Assembly (NCBI GenBank): GCA_963727835.1
Contig: CAVSIB010000007.1
Coordinates: 4,429-68,428 of the forward strand
Length of the DNA: 64,000 bases
Reading direction: 5' to 3'
Source: an uncultured delta proteobacterium
GTDB lineage: Bacteria > Desulfobacterota > WTBG01 > JAGOGO01
Under the pieces are notes generated by a model that was not told the origin of the DNA, ran no database searches, and worked only from the letters and a program-made list of their open reading frames with translations. This document shows, one piece after another, positions 31,644-41,034 of this stretch. Positions within the stretch are counted from its first letter, which is position 1, and each line of letters opens with the position of its first letter. A program made the translations under genes and the position numbers.

Positions 31644-32328
31644 ACAAACGAATCTCTCCCTGAGCTAATTTTTTTAACGTTCTTCGGTCTACGATCCGGA
31701 TACGACCATGGATATCGGTGGCAATAATCCCTTCTTTAGTCATCTTTGAAAGTATGCGTGAAAGCGTCTCTGGAATAGTACCTAAAAGGCTTGAAAGCTG
31801 GACTTTGGTAATCTCTAATGCCAAGTCATCATTACCTTTTTGTTTGTCACTGAGGTAAAACAGGTAGGCTGCGAATCTTCCCGGAACTTCCTTGAGCGAC
31901 AAATCTTCAACCAAGGCAGTAAATCGATGCAAACGGTGAGACAACACGGCCAGCATGTTCAAAGCCAGAGAGGGAGTCTTCCTGATCAAGCCAACAAAAG
32001 CCTCGCGAGGAAAATAAAAGATACGGGTCTTTTCCAGAGCTTGAGCATTCGCCGGATAGGGGCTTCCCGCAAAAACCGGCACTTCACCAAAAGGCTCTCC
32101 TGGACCAAAGATGTGAAGAATCTGCTCTTTTCCCTCCAGAGAAAGCTTAAAGATCTTTACCCGACCGGAAATGACCACATAAAAGCCCTTGCCCTCGTCA
32201 CCTTCAGAAAATATTCCCTGACCCCGTTTTACGACTTTTTCAATGGCGATACCGGAAAGATCCTGAAGGTATTCTTGGGAAAGCCCTTGAAACAGAGGTA
32301 TGCTGGTAATCTGTTTTATCGTATCCAC
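31627..32328 (-). CDS. Crp/Fnr-family regulator, HcpR-like
   Basis: cNMP-binding domain (FSEGDE, SGRVKIFK, FGE) and HTH LGTIPETLSR; divergent from hcp. Confidence 0.9.
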   Translation of the reverse strand: MDTIKQITSIPLFQGLSQEYLQDLSGIAIEKVVKRGQGIFSEGDEGKGFYVVISGRVKIFKLSLEGKEQILHIFGPGEPFGEVPVFAGSPYPANAQALEKTRIFYFPREAFVGLIRKTPSLALNMLAVLSHRLHRFTALVEDLSLKEVPGRFAAYLFYLSDKQKGNDDLALEITKVQLSSLLGTIPETLSRILSKMTKEGIIATDIHGRIRIVDRRTLKKLAQGEIRLSKSSF

Positions 32329-32409
32329 GGGATTGAACCTTACCTTTTTCTTTGCTCTTAGTCAAGGCATTACCCGAATGATTACCGATAACATTAGAAT
32401 AACAGGCAA

Positions 32410-32653
32410 GCGCATTGCTGTTTGTCCAACCGGGACTTTACAGGAAGGGTCTCAAGGTTTCCGAATTCAAATCGGGGAGAATTTTGGATGGCATCCCCAG
32501 CTGGTCAGGGAACTGCCGGGAATCTATCGTGAGAAAGAAGTAGCCAATATTATTGACCAATGTCTGGACTACTCTCAACAAAACTCTTTTAAAGTTGAAC
32601 GCGTGGTAAAAATTTTAGAGCAGAAAGGGTTTGGATCTCTTTTTAAAAACTGA
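32410..32653 (+). pseudogene. 3' remnant of a 4Fe-4S / nitrite-sulfite reductase domain protein
   Basis: IAVCPTGTL..G..GFRIQIG..FG.HPQL.RELPGIY resembles the C-terminus of such proteins; no 5' part or convincing start. Confidence 0.5.
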
Positions 32654-32678
32654 TTGCCGGCAAAAAAAATAGGGGGGA

Positions 32679-32720
32679 TTGACTTAGGTCAATGCAATCA
32701 TCAAACAAGTAGGTTATACT
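32679..32720 (+). promoter_or_regulatory. Crp/Fnr-type (HcpR) box and class II promoter of hcp
   Basis: Palindrome TTGAC-TTAG-GTCAA at 32679-32692 and -10 TATACT at 32715-32720. Confidence 0.75.
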
Positions 32721-32791
32721 TTTAATTAACAATACGTTGAAATAACGATAACAACGCGAAACAAAAATTAATTTAAAGAAGGAGGTAAAAA

Positions 32792-34408
32792 ATGTTTTGC
32801 TATCAATGTGAACAAACGGCCAAAGGCGAAGGGTGCACCAAAGTTGGAGTTTGTGGTAAGCCCCACGATGTTGCCACGCTTCAAGACCTTCTCATTTACA
32901 TTCTTAAAGGCTTGGCTTTGGTTGCTCAGGAGGCGCGGAAAAAAGGAATTACTGACCGGGAGGTAAACGTCTTCACCGTGGAAGCTTTATTTTCTACCTT
33001 GACCAACGTGAACTTTGATCCGCAGAGGTTCCTCCCCATCATCAACCATGCAATGACGCTTCGGGAAAATCTTAAGAAAAAAATCGGCAAGCAAAATTTT
33101 CCCGAAGGACCCGCGACGTTTAAACTGGAAGCAACCTTAGAAGGATTGATCAAACAGGGAGAAGTTGTGGGTCTTAAATCAGACCCCACCATCAACCCCG
33201 ATATTCTTGCGCTTCACCACACCCTCTTGTTCGGCATTAAGGGAATCGCTGCTTACGCTGACCACGCGCTGCTCTTAGGAAAAGAAGACGAGGCGGTCTA
33301 TGCTTTTATCCATGAAGGCTTAGCCGCAACCCTGAATAAAACCCTTACCCTTGATGACTGGGTAAAACTGGTGCTTAAGTGCGGTGAAGTTAACTTAAAG
33401 ACCATGGAACTTTTAGATGCTGCCAATACCGGAGCTTACGGCCATCCCGTACCCACGAAGATCCCCCTGGGAACCAAAAAAGGGAAAGCGATTTTAGTCT
33501 CCGGACATGACCTTAAAGACCTGGAAGAGATCCTCAAACAGTCAGAAGGCAAAGGTATCTACGTCTATTCACACGGCGAGATGCTCCCCTGCCACGGTTA
33601 TCCTAAGTTAAAAAAGTATTCCCACTTCTATGGCCACTATGGAACCGCATGGCAAAACCAGACCAAGGAGTTCGCAGACTTTCCCGGCGCGATTCTGATG
33701 ACCACCAACTGCATCCAAAGACCGAAAGAATCGTACCAGAGTAATATCTTTACCACCGGCTTGGTTGGCTTCCCGGGAGTAACCCATATTGACAATTATG
33801 ATTTTGCGCCGGTGATTAAAAAGGCCCTGGAAATGCCGGGATTCACGGAAGATACCAATGGCCGGTCCGTCATGTGCGGGTTTGGTCACAACGCCGTGCT
33901 TGGCATCGCGGGTACGGTGATCGACGCGGTTAAACGCAAAGCAATCCGCCACTTCTTCCTGGTCGGCGGCTGCGATGGCGCCAAACCAGGGCGAAGTTAC
34001 TATAAAGAGTTTGTGGAAAAAGTACCGAAGGATTGTGTGGTGCTCACCCTGGCCTGTGGAAAGTTCCGCTTTTTTGACAAAGACCTGGGCACGATCGGAG
34101 AAATCCCAAGGCTTCTGGATATCGGTCAATGCAATGACGCCTATTCCGCCATCCAGATTGCAATAGCGCTTGCCAAAGCCTTTAATGTTGGGGTTAATGA
34201 TCTGCCCCTGTCGATGATCGTATCCTGGTATGAACAAAAGGCAGTTGCCATATTGCTTACCCTTTTATATCTGGGAATCAATGATATCCGCTTGGGGCCA
34301 AGCCTGCCGGCTTTTATTACTCCCAATGTGCTCGATGTGTTGGTGAAGACCTTCAATATCAAGCCCATCAGCACGCCGGACGAAGACCTGAAAGCGATTC
34401 TGGGATAA
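32792..34408 (+). CDS. hcp: Hybrid cluster protein (hydroxylamine/NO reductase)
   Basis: MFCYQCEQT..GCT..GVCGK, SGHDL, HGEMLP, GGCDG, GQCND, SWYEQKA. Confidence 0.97.
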   Translation: MFCYQCEQTAKGEGCTKVGVCGKPHDVATLQDLLIYILKGLALVAQEARKKGITDREVNVFTVEALFSTLTNVNFDPQRFLPIINHAMTLRENLKKKIGKQNFPEGPATFKLEATLEGLIKQGEVVGLKSDPTINPDILALHHTLLFGIKGIAAYADHALLLGKEDEAVYAFIHEGLAATLNKTLTLDDWVKLVLKCGEVNLKTMELLDAANTGAYGHPVPTKIPLGTKKGKAILVSGHDLKDLEEILKQSEGKGIYVYSHGEMLPCHGYPKLKKYSHFYGHYGTAWQNQTKEFADFPGAILMTTNCIQRPKESYQSNIFTTGLVGFPGVTHIDNYDFAPVIKKALEMPGFTEDTNGRSVMCGFGHNAVLGIAGTVIDAVKRKAIRHFFLVGGCDGAKPGRSYYKEFVEKVPKDCVVLTLACGKFRFFDKDLGTIGEIPRLLDIGQCNDAYSAIQIAIALAKAFNVGVNDLPLSMIVSWYEQKAVAILLTLLYLGINDIRLGPSLPAFITPNVLDVLVKTFNIKPISTPDEDLKAILG

Positions 34409-34436
34409 GCGAAAATTCAACAAGGAGAACGATCCG

Positions 34437-35177
34437 ATGAAATGTCCGGGACAAGACACCCGCTACTGGAGTGCTGAGGCCGTGTTTGAGGTTGCCTGCC
34501 CCAGGTGCGGCAACGCAGAGGAGTTCTTTAAAGATGAACCAACCAGGCGGTGTAAAAAGTGCGGCGAAAAGCTGGTAAATCCGAATATGGACTTCGGTTG
34601 TGCGGCATACTGCAAGTTTGCCAAGGAATGTCTCGGGGATTTGCCGCCTGAATTGGTCACCCAGAGGAAGAACCTTCTCAAGGACCGGGTAGCCATTGAG
34701 ATGAAAGCGTACTTTCAGAAAGATTTTAAACGGATCGGACACGCTACCAAGGTCGCCCGCTACGCTGAAAAGCTGGTTAAAGAAGAAAAAGGAGATCCGG
34801 CCGTGGTTTTATCTGCCGCCTATCTCCACGATATCGGGATTAAAGAAGCCGAGCGGGAATACCAAAGCACAGCCACCCCTTACCAGGAGCAAAAAGGACC
34901 TGCTATCGCGCGCGCCATTTTGACGAATTTAGGGGCGGATGCTGAGTTGATCGATGAGGTCTGTGATATCATCGGCCGCCACAATCATCCCCGGGCAAAG
35001 GAAACCATAAATTTTAAAGTCGTCTTTGATGCGGATCAAATTGTCAGCCTGGAAGAAAAACTGGAAGAGACTCCGCTCACCCCTGACAAAGTGGCAGAAA
35101 AAATAAACCGAACCTTTTTAACGGAAACCGGTAAACAACTAGCCGAGAAAATCTTTTCGAAGCATGCGGCGATATAA
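34437..35177 (+). CDS. HD-domain phosphohydrolase with Cys-rich N-terminus
   Basis: CPGQD, CPRCG..EFFKDE..CKKCG, H..KV, YLHDIG, DADQIV. Confidence 0.85.
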   Translation: MKCPGQDTRYWSAEAVFEVACPRCGNAEEFFKDEPTRRCKKCGEKLVNPNMDFGCAAYCKFAKECLGDLPPELVTQRKNLLKDRVAIEMKAYFQKDFKRIGHATKVARYAEKLVKEEKGDPAVVLSAAYLHDIGIKEAEREYQSTATPYQEQKGPAIARAILTNLGADAELIDEVCDIIGRHNHPRAKETINFKVVFDADQIVSLEEKLEETPLTPDKVAEKINRTFLTETGKQLAEKIFSKHAAI

Positions 35178-35208
35178 AAAGAAATGGCCGGAATTATTAT
35201 GACGCTCA

Positions 35209-35260
35209 CAATCCTCCTCACTCCCCCCCTTTGTATCAAGGGGAGTCCGAGGGGATTTTT
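35209..35260. repeat. REP-like palindromic intergenic element
   Basis: AATCCTCCTC actCCCCCCTTTG tat CAAGGGGAG tcc GAGGGGATT nested inverted repeats. Confidence 0.5.
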
Positions 35261-35285
35261 TAATTACGGTATTGAGGAATAAGAC

Positions 35286-36020
35286 ATGAAAGCAAAACGA
35301 AAGATCATTGAAATTGATGAAGACAACTGCGACGGCTGCGGCCAGTGCGTGCCTTCCTGCGCCGAAGGAGCCATTCACATTATTGATGGCAAGGCAAAAC
35401 TTGTTTCCGAAAAATACTGCGATGGCTTGGGCGCGTGTCTGGGTACCTGCCCCAATGACGCATTGAAAGTTTTGGAGCGGGACGTGGAAGAATTTGATGA
35501 GAAGGCCGTAGAAGAGCATTTAAAAACCAAAGAATCCCCGCAAGAAAGCATGCCCTGCGGATGCCCTTCTGCTCAGATACGAACTTTTGCACCCCCTGCG
35601 GAAAGGCCCGCACCAACAAATATCGCCGCGCAAGAGTCAGCCCTTACTCACTGGCCGGTGCAGATCAGGCTGTTGCCACCCAAAGCTCATTTTCTAAAAG
35701 GGGCGGACCTCTTAGTGGCTGCGGATTGCACGCCTGTTGCTTATCCCAACTTTCACGCTGATTTCCTTAAAGGAAAGGCGGTCATGGTGGGCTGTCCGAA
35801 GTTCGATGACGTTGAGGCGTATGTTCAGAAATTTTCCGAAATTTTTAAAACCGCGGATGTGAAAAGCGTTACGGTCGTGGTGATGGATGTGCCCTGCTGT
35901 CAAGGTCTTCCGTTCATCGTCCAGAAAGGGCTGGAATTAGCCGGGAAAAAAATTCCGTTTGAAAAAGTAATTATCAGCGCTCAGGGTAAAATTCTTAAAA
36001 GGGAAAATTTAGCCGCGTAA
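35286..36020 (+). CDS. 4Fe-4S dicluster ferredoxin-domain protein
   Basis: CDGCGQCVPSC, CDGLGACLGTCP, WPVQIRL, AADC, GCPKFD, VPCC. Confidence 0.9.
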   Translation: MKAKRKIIEIDEDNCDGCGQCVPSCAEGAIHIIDGKAKLVSEKYCDGLGACLGTCPNDALKVLERDVEEFDEKAVEEHLKTKESPQESMPCGCPSAQIRTFAPPAERPAPTNIAAQESALTHWPVQIRLLPPKAHFLKGADLLVAADCTPVAYPNFHADFLKGKAVMVGCPKFDDVEAYVQKFSEIFKTADVKSVTVVVMDVPCCQGLPFIVQKGLELAGKKIPFEKVIISAQGKILKRENLAA

Positions 36021-36037
36021 CACCCATACAAAGTCCC

Positions 36038-36072
36038 GCACGGCGGAAGTTAAATCTTCCGTTTGTGCGTGT
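36038..36072 (+). terminator. Hairpin at the end of the hcp operon
   Basis: GCAC-GGCGGAAG ttaaat CTTCCGTT-t-GTGC between convergent genes. Confidence 0.5.
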
Positions 36073-36166
36073 TATCTGCTTTTATGAGCTTTGCCGTTAA
36101 GTCTATTTTTATAGAGGTGCCCTATCCTTTTACTGACTGCTAAAATTTGATCTCTGATTTCTTTTT

Positions 36167-36880
36167 TTATGATTTGCACTTAACCATCGGGACAAATTTG
36201 ACATATCTCTCCTCTTGGATCTCAGTGCGTCCGTTTTTTTTGGTAACCTTTATTAGTTTCTGGACTCTCCCCTCTGTGCCCACCGGTATGATCATCCGCC
36301 CCCCTTCTTTTAATTGGCTTACCAGAGCCGGAGGAATCTTTTCGGGCGCACAGGTCACGATCACAGCATCAAAGGGCGCTTGTTCCGGCCAGCCTTTATA
36401 ACCGTCTCCAATTTTCACGTGGATGTTTTTATAACCCAAGTGGGCTAATGTTGCTTTCGCTCTCTTCCCCAGCTTTTCGATAATTTCGATAGTGTAGACT
36501 TCTTTGACAATTTCAGCCAGGATCGCTGCCTGGTACCCAGAGCCAGTGCCAATTTCCAAAATTTTATCTCCCGCTTTTAGGTCAAGGGTTTCGGTCATAA
36601 AAGCAACAATATAAGGCTGGGAGATGGTTTGGCCTTCCCCGATGCACAAGGGAACATCATTGTAAGCACACGCCCGATGGTCTTCAAGCACAAAAAGGTG
36701 TCTCGGCACCTTTCCCATCGCCTTTATCACCCGGGGGTCTTTTATTCCTCGGGCAATAATTTGCTGTTTAACCATTTCCCTTTGGAGAGAAGCAAAATCG
36801 GCTGACCCGGAGGCAGAAAATGGTGGGGAGATAAAAAAGCTCATAGCTAAGATAAGCAAAAAACAGGGTATGCTTTTCAT
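36167..36880 (-). CDS. pcm: Protein-L-isoaspartate O-methyltransferase with signal-peptide-like N-terminus
   Basis: VPRHLFV, GQTISQPYIVA, LEIGTGSGYQAA, APFDAVIVT. Confidence 0.95.
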   Translation of the reverse strand: MKSIPCFLLILAMSFFISPPFSASGSADFASLQREMVKQQIIARGIKDPRVIKAMGKVPRHLFVLEDHRACAYNDVPLCIGEGQTISQPYIVAFMTETLDLKAGDKILEIGTGSGYQAAILAEIVKEVYTIEIIEKLGKRAKATLAHLGYKNIHVKIGDGYKGWPEQAPFDAVIVTCAPEKIPPALVSQLKEGGRMIIPVGTEGRVQKLIKVTKKNGRTEIQEERYVKFVPMVKCKS

Positions 36881-37213
36881 GGTCTCTGGTATCCTTTTCA
36901 GTACTTGTTTAAAATTTTATGCCCTCAGCGTAATAAATTTTTATACCACACGCTACAGCACAATTTCAAGGCTGTTTTTTATTCTGATAAAGTAAAATAA
37001 AAATTGATATTGGGGACGGGTGAGCAATAAGAGAAAAAGGGTAACACTTTTTCACTGGCGCCATCCCCCGTTGCGGGCATTCATCCTAAGGTATACCCAT
37101 TACTTTCTACCGATAATCAAAAAGACGGGGGATTTCCGTTCCCCTTTGCCGGTGACATTTTTTATGACTGTTGCGGCGGTGATGACGCGATCTGTTCTTT
37201 CGCCGCTTTGTTT

Positions 37214-37651
37214 CTACTTGATATAATATCCGGCCACCTTCCACTGGCCATCTTTTTCTTTCTTAGCAATTAACGTCTCAACCGCATACCCTTTGTTTTC
37301 AAATCCGGCTTTAAATTGGATCACCACATACTCTCCCTCCGGAGATCCCGGAAGGCGGGTGGTATATTGTGCTGAATCCAAAACTCGGGTTTTCATGCTG
37401 CCTAACGGGCTTCTCACCCCCCGCAGTGTCTGTTTAAAAGAATCTTTGGAAACCGCGTTTTTTAGATATTCGGATGCATGCCTCCAGCCTTTGTCATAAT
37501 TATCAGCATCAATGATTTTAAGCCACTGCTCCGCGCTGGCAACCGCAAGCTCCGTAGAATTACTGTGTGTATTTTGTTTTAAATCTTCAGTGGCGAATAA
37601 AAACAAAGGAAACAAAAAAACCATCAACAAAACCCTGTACCCTATCTTCAT
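37214..37651 (-). CDS. DUF4019-domain exported protein
   Basis: Signal peptide; AEQWL..ID, R.PLG, LPGSPEGEYVVIQF, DGQWKVAGYYIK. Confidence 0.85.
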   Translation of the reverse strand: MKIGYRVLLMVFLFPLFLFATEDLKQNTHSNSTELAVASAEQWLKIIDADNYDKGWRHASEYLKNAVSKDSFKQTLRGVRSPLGSMKTRVLDSAQYTTRLPGSPEGEYVVIQFKAGFENKGYAVETLIAKKEKDGQWKVAGYYIK

Positions 37652-37749
37652 ATTCCCTCCATGAAATAATATTTGCCGTTGCGGGCATTCATTTTTTTTG
37701 GTCCCTCCCTGTCTCACCAAAAAGTGAGCGAAGCAATTTCTGGGTGAAG

Positions 37750-39567
37750 CTACTCCCACTTTTCCCGTGACTTGCGAGGAAGAGCCTGCTTTATCTTTAT
37801 CTCGTAGAGAGTTTGAGGTTTGATCTTTCGCAGGTATCGCTTGTCCGTGACCTGAATTTTGGCCGGCGTCCAGATAAGTTTGGCATCAGGAAAAACCTTG
37901 TTTTTTTTCTTGTCCGTGATATCCGCGATGATTTTGCCGTAGCGGCCTCCAAGAGAGATCAATTCCCGGCGGATATGGATGGGCGGGATCAGGTAGTCTT
38001 TTTTTATTTTCTGAGTTTTCTTCTCAAAAAAAAGTTCACCCGGAGTTTCTGTCCGCCCTTCCCGCGCCACCCTCACGTTAAAGTATCCAAGCTCTTTACC
38101 AACATAGCAGCGATCCGGTGCGTAGGAAAGAAAGTTTTTCTCCTCCGGTCGGAGGTAATATTTTTGAGCTATTTTTTTTAACGCTTTTTTTTCTTCTTCG
38201 GAAAGTTTTCTTTTCTTTTGGATCTTATACGCTCTGATAAGGTCGGAAAATGTCTCAATGACCTTCCAAAAAATTTCTTCCACCACTTTATGAATTTCCA
38301 TCTCCAGCGATACAACCAACTCCAGCTTCGCGATCAGCAGTTGGTATCTTTTTCCCGTGTTAATCGGAACGTCTAAGCCGGCAAGGTCAACGTCAGCTTC
38401 ATAGATCTGGTGCTGGACGATATGATTTATTTCCCTATCCAAAGCAGGCAAAACCTTACCGGCCTCAGAAAAGGTTTTATGGCGTTTTCCATTTTCTCCT
38501 GCACGGTGCAAGGCGGATAAAACCGTGAGCGCGTCAGCGTAAATTTTATATTCTGTGGCATTGACAATGGCTTGGTGAAGGAAGCACGCGACATGTTCTG
38601 CCTGGTCATAGGGAAGCGTGAGCCCATGAATCCAAAAAACTCGAAACAGCTCCCCCGCATCCTCTTCTTTGAGTTCAAATGATCTTCGGTCGTGTTTGAG
38701 AATGATGGTGGTGATCAGATTCCCGAACAAGCGCTCTAAAGGAACATGCCCGCCGGTTAATGTGCCCAGTAAATAGACCCACTCTCTCCGGTTAAGCTGA
38801 AAAAAATTCTTGATCAGCCAAAGTTTGGCATTGCCTTCGCGGATAATCCTTCGAGCCTCTTTGATCGTCTTCAAACTTGCCGCAAAAGTCTCTCCCAGAA
38901 AATCATAACCAGGGGTTAAACCCAGTTTGGAGGAAAGCGTGGTATAAACCCATGCTTCCTGAGTGTTCCTCAATAGATGAGTTTTAGTATCAGTAAAAGT
39001 TTTGTGTTCATCACTCTCAAACGGGGAAATAAAAAACCGGGCTTGCTGCCCGTCAATTACCTCCGCAAGGTCAAGGGCCCCCTTTTTCCACTTCCTTCCT
39101 TTTCTAAACATGCTCACCCAAAAAGCATCGGCCACATCCTGCTTGGGCTCTTGTTGCAGCTCAAAGCGGCTGGCCGGATCGCCCTTGCGCCGCTCCTCCT
39201 TGTAGTCATTCCATTGCGCTTCACTTTCCCGTTCGATATTCCTCCACAGCTCAATTAACCTTCCTATGCCACCCTTCCAGTCGGCATTTACTTCAAGCTC
39301 AAATCCCCGGTTGACCTGCGCGAGAACCTTAAAAAACTCATCCTGTAAAGCATGAAAGTTTTTTCTGGCATTGATCAACGGATCAATCCCCACCCTTTTG
39401 AGCCAGATCTCACACATAACCGCAAGCGAGTTCTTAAAATAAAATAAAAAGTCCAGGTCAAGCAGGTTACTAAAGACCGCCTGTTTAAGAACCTGAACCA
39501 AAAATGGTTTTTGGGGATCAGGATCCCATGCTTTGCGGGAAGGTTGCCATTTAACGAGAAACGTCAT
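37750..39567 (-). CDS. Large hypothetical protein (605 aa)
   Basis: Long uninterrupted ORF; no family recognised. Confidence 0.75.
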   Translation of the reverse strand: MTFLVKWQPSRKAWDPDPQKPFLVQVLKQAVFSNLLDLDFLFYFKNSLAVMCEIWLKRVGIDPLINARKNFHALQDEFFKVLAQVNRGFELEVNADWKGGIGRLIELWRNIERESEAQWNDYKEERRKGDPASRFELQQEPKQDVADAFWVSMFRKGRKWKKGALDLAEVIDGQQARFFISPFESDEHKTFTDTKTHLLRNTQEAWVYTTLSSKLGLTPGYDFLGETFAASLKTIKEARRIIREGNAKLWLIKNFFQLNRREWVYLLGTLTGGHVPLERLFGNLITTIILKHDRRSFELKEEDAGELFRVFWIHGLTLPYDQAEHVACFLHQAIVNATEYKIYADALTVLSALHRAGENGKRHKTFSEAGKVLPALDREINHIVQHQIYEADVDLAGLDVPINTGKRYQLLIAKLELVVSLEMEIHKVVEEIFWKVIETFSDLIRAYKIQKKRKLSEEEKKALKKIAQKYYLRPEEKNFLSYAPDRCYVGKELGYFNVRVAREGRTETPGELFFEKKTQKIKKDYLIPPIHIRRELISLGGRYGKIIADITDKKKNKVFPDAKLIWTPAKIQVTDKRYLRKIKPQTLYEIKIKQALPRKSREKWE

Positions 39568-39600
39568 AGGAATAGTATATCGCTTTAATTAGGGTAATAA

Positions 39601-39626
39601 CGCGTTCCCTCAATGCGAGGAACGCG
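39601..39626. other. Intergenic GC-rich hairpin
   Basis: CGCGTTCC-ctcaatgcga-GGAACGCG. Confidence 0.6.
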
Positions 39627-39636
39627 GGGATAAAAT

Positions 39637-40248
39637 TTAAATATCAAACATTTCGCGTTCGACTTTTTCCGCTCGTGCTTTCATCGCCTTTTGAATCATC
39701 CGGATCTCTTCTTTCGCTTTCTCACGGATCTCTGCCGTAATACCACCTAACGTTTCCTCATCATATTGCAGCAAGTCATCGATATCCGGCTCAAACCGAT
39801 TAAGCCAATGGTTCAAAAGCCAGTTTGTCACCTCATCTTCCTCATCGAAATCAAATTCCTCCGGCACTTCAACCAAAAAAGCCATGCTTACAATGTTGCG
39901 GATAAGGCCCTCTTCTTGATAAAGGGTCGGGGCATCCTCCCGGTCAGTTAAAGAATAGGCAACGGCCACTGCCTGCACCGGATAGAGCTGGCCTTTTTCA
40001 TCAATCAGTTCCGGATCATGGGCGAGCGCGTTGAGCAGCGTTTCCCGAGGCAATTCACAAATTATCCAGCTCATGTCTGCCCGGGAAGCCAACAATCCCA
40101 GCTCATGAGGTGTCATTTCCCCATAAATGCGCAGGCGGGTTTCGTCCGTGCAAAGGGCTAAAACATTCTCTGCTTCTTTTACATCGTTAGCTTTAAGAAG
40201 CTTAAGGGCTTGGTTTTTTGCTTTCTTATACGGTATGAGCTTTGTCAC
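39637..40248 (-). CDS. Acidic hypothetical protein (about 203 aa)
   Basis: GTG start at 40248 with upstream GGAG, overlapping the previous gene. Confidence 0.7.
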   Translation of the reverse strand: MTKLIPYKKAKNQALKLLKANDVKEAENVLALCTDETRLRIYGEMTPHELGLLASRADMSWIICELPRETLLNALAHDPELIDEKGQLYPVQAVAVAYSLTDREDAPTLYQEEGLIRNIVSMAFLVEVPEEFDFDEEDEVTNWLLNHWLNRFEPDIDDLLQYDEETLGGITAEIREKAKEEIRMIQKAMKARAEKVEREMFDI

Positions 40249-40648
40249 CCTTTTTCTCCTTTTCGTATTTCCACAGGATACACAAAACTTCGAGGAATTT
40301 TTTCGGGTCAACTTCTTTTAAGGTTTTCAGCACCATGGCCGCATCCCCGGAAGCCCGAACAAGACCGTCAGTGTTCTCGCTTGCGTCAGCAAGGGAAATA
40401 GCATTGTTCCAGATTTTTTGGAGAAATTTTGCGGCATCGGATTTTATTTCATAATGTCCGGCAGTAAGCGCACAGGCGATATCCTGGGGAAGCATAAATT
40501 CGCTGATCCGCTTGTCGCATTGCAAACACCCTTTAAGAAGCTGGCGTCTGAGGTCAAGAACTTCTCGAGGCCCTTGGACAATCAAATTTACCGACAGTGA
40601 AGAGCCAAACTCTTCGAATAATTCATCTATCTTGTTATCTCGTTTCAT
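40226..40648 (-). CDS. Hypothetical protein (140 aa)
   Basis: ATG preceded by AGGAG; first gene of the orphan operon. Confidence 0.7.
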   Translation of the reverse strand: MKRDNKIDELFEEFGSSLSVNLIVQGPREVLDLRRQLLKGCLQCDKRISEFMLPQDIACALTAGHYEIKSDAAKFLQKIWNNAISLADASENTDGLVRASGDAAMVLKTLKEVDPKKFLEVLCILWKYEKEKKGDKAHTV

Positions 40649-41034
40649 GTTCTCCTGACTTTGCTAAGGTGTTTTTTTACAATCAGCCGGGCGTTTTCCC
40701 GAACAGCGGAGAAATTTTCAAAATTATCAGATTCCGGCAAAACGCAGGGAATTTCTTTAACAAAAAATTTTGATTCCCCGCCTGGAAACAAAGGGGGAAA
40801 GAGAGTATAGTGAAATATACTTTTTTTGCACGGGTTAGTCTATCTTAAACGGTTGCGCGATACCCTCTCCGAAGGGCGCGGGGTTTAAGCAATAAAATAT
40901 TCTTTAAAATTTTAAACGATGATAATAGCTTGGGGATTGAAAAAATCTCTTCCTAAAGACCGAAAAGGTATTATCAAAAAATCAAGAACTTGTCAAGAAA
41001 GAAAGATTAATAACGACAGCAGTACGCCAAAAAA

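Noticed and set aside
40804-40890. AGTATA-N6-TATACT palindrome and GC hairpin upstream of uvrA as an SOS box or IS end
   Set aside because: No match to a LexA consensus I can support, and a single short occurrence.
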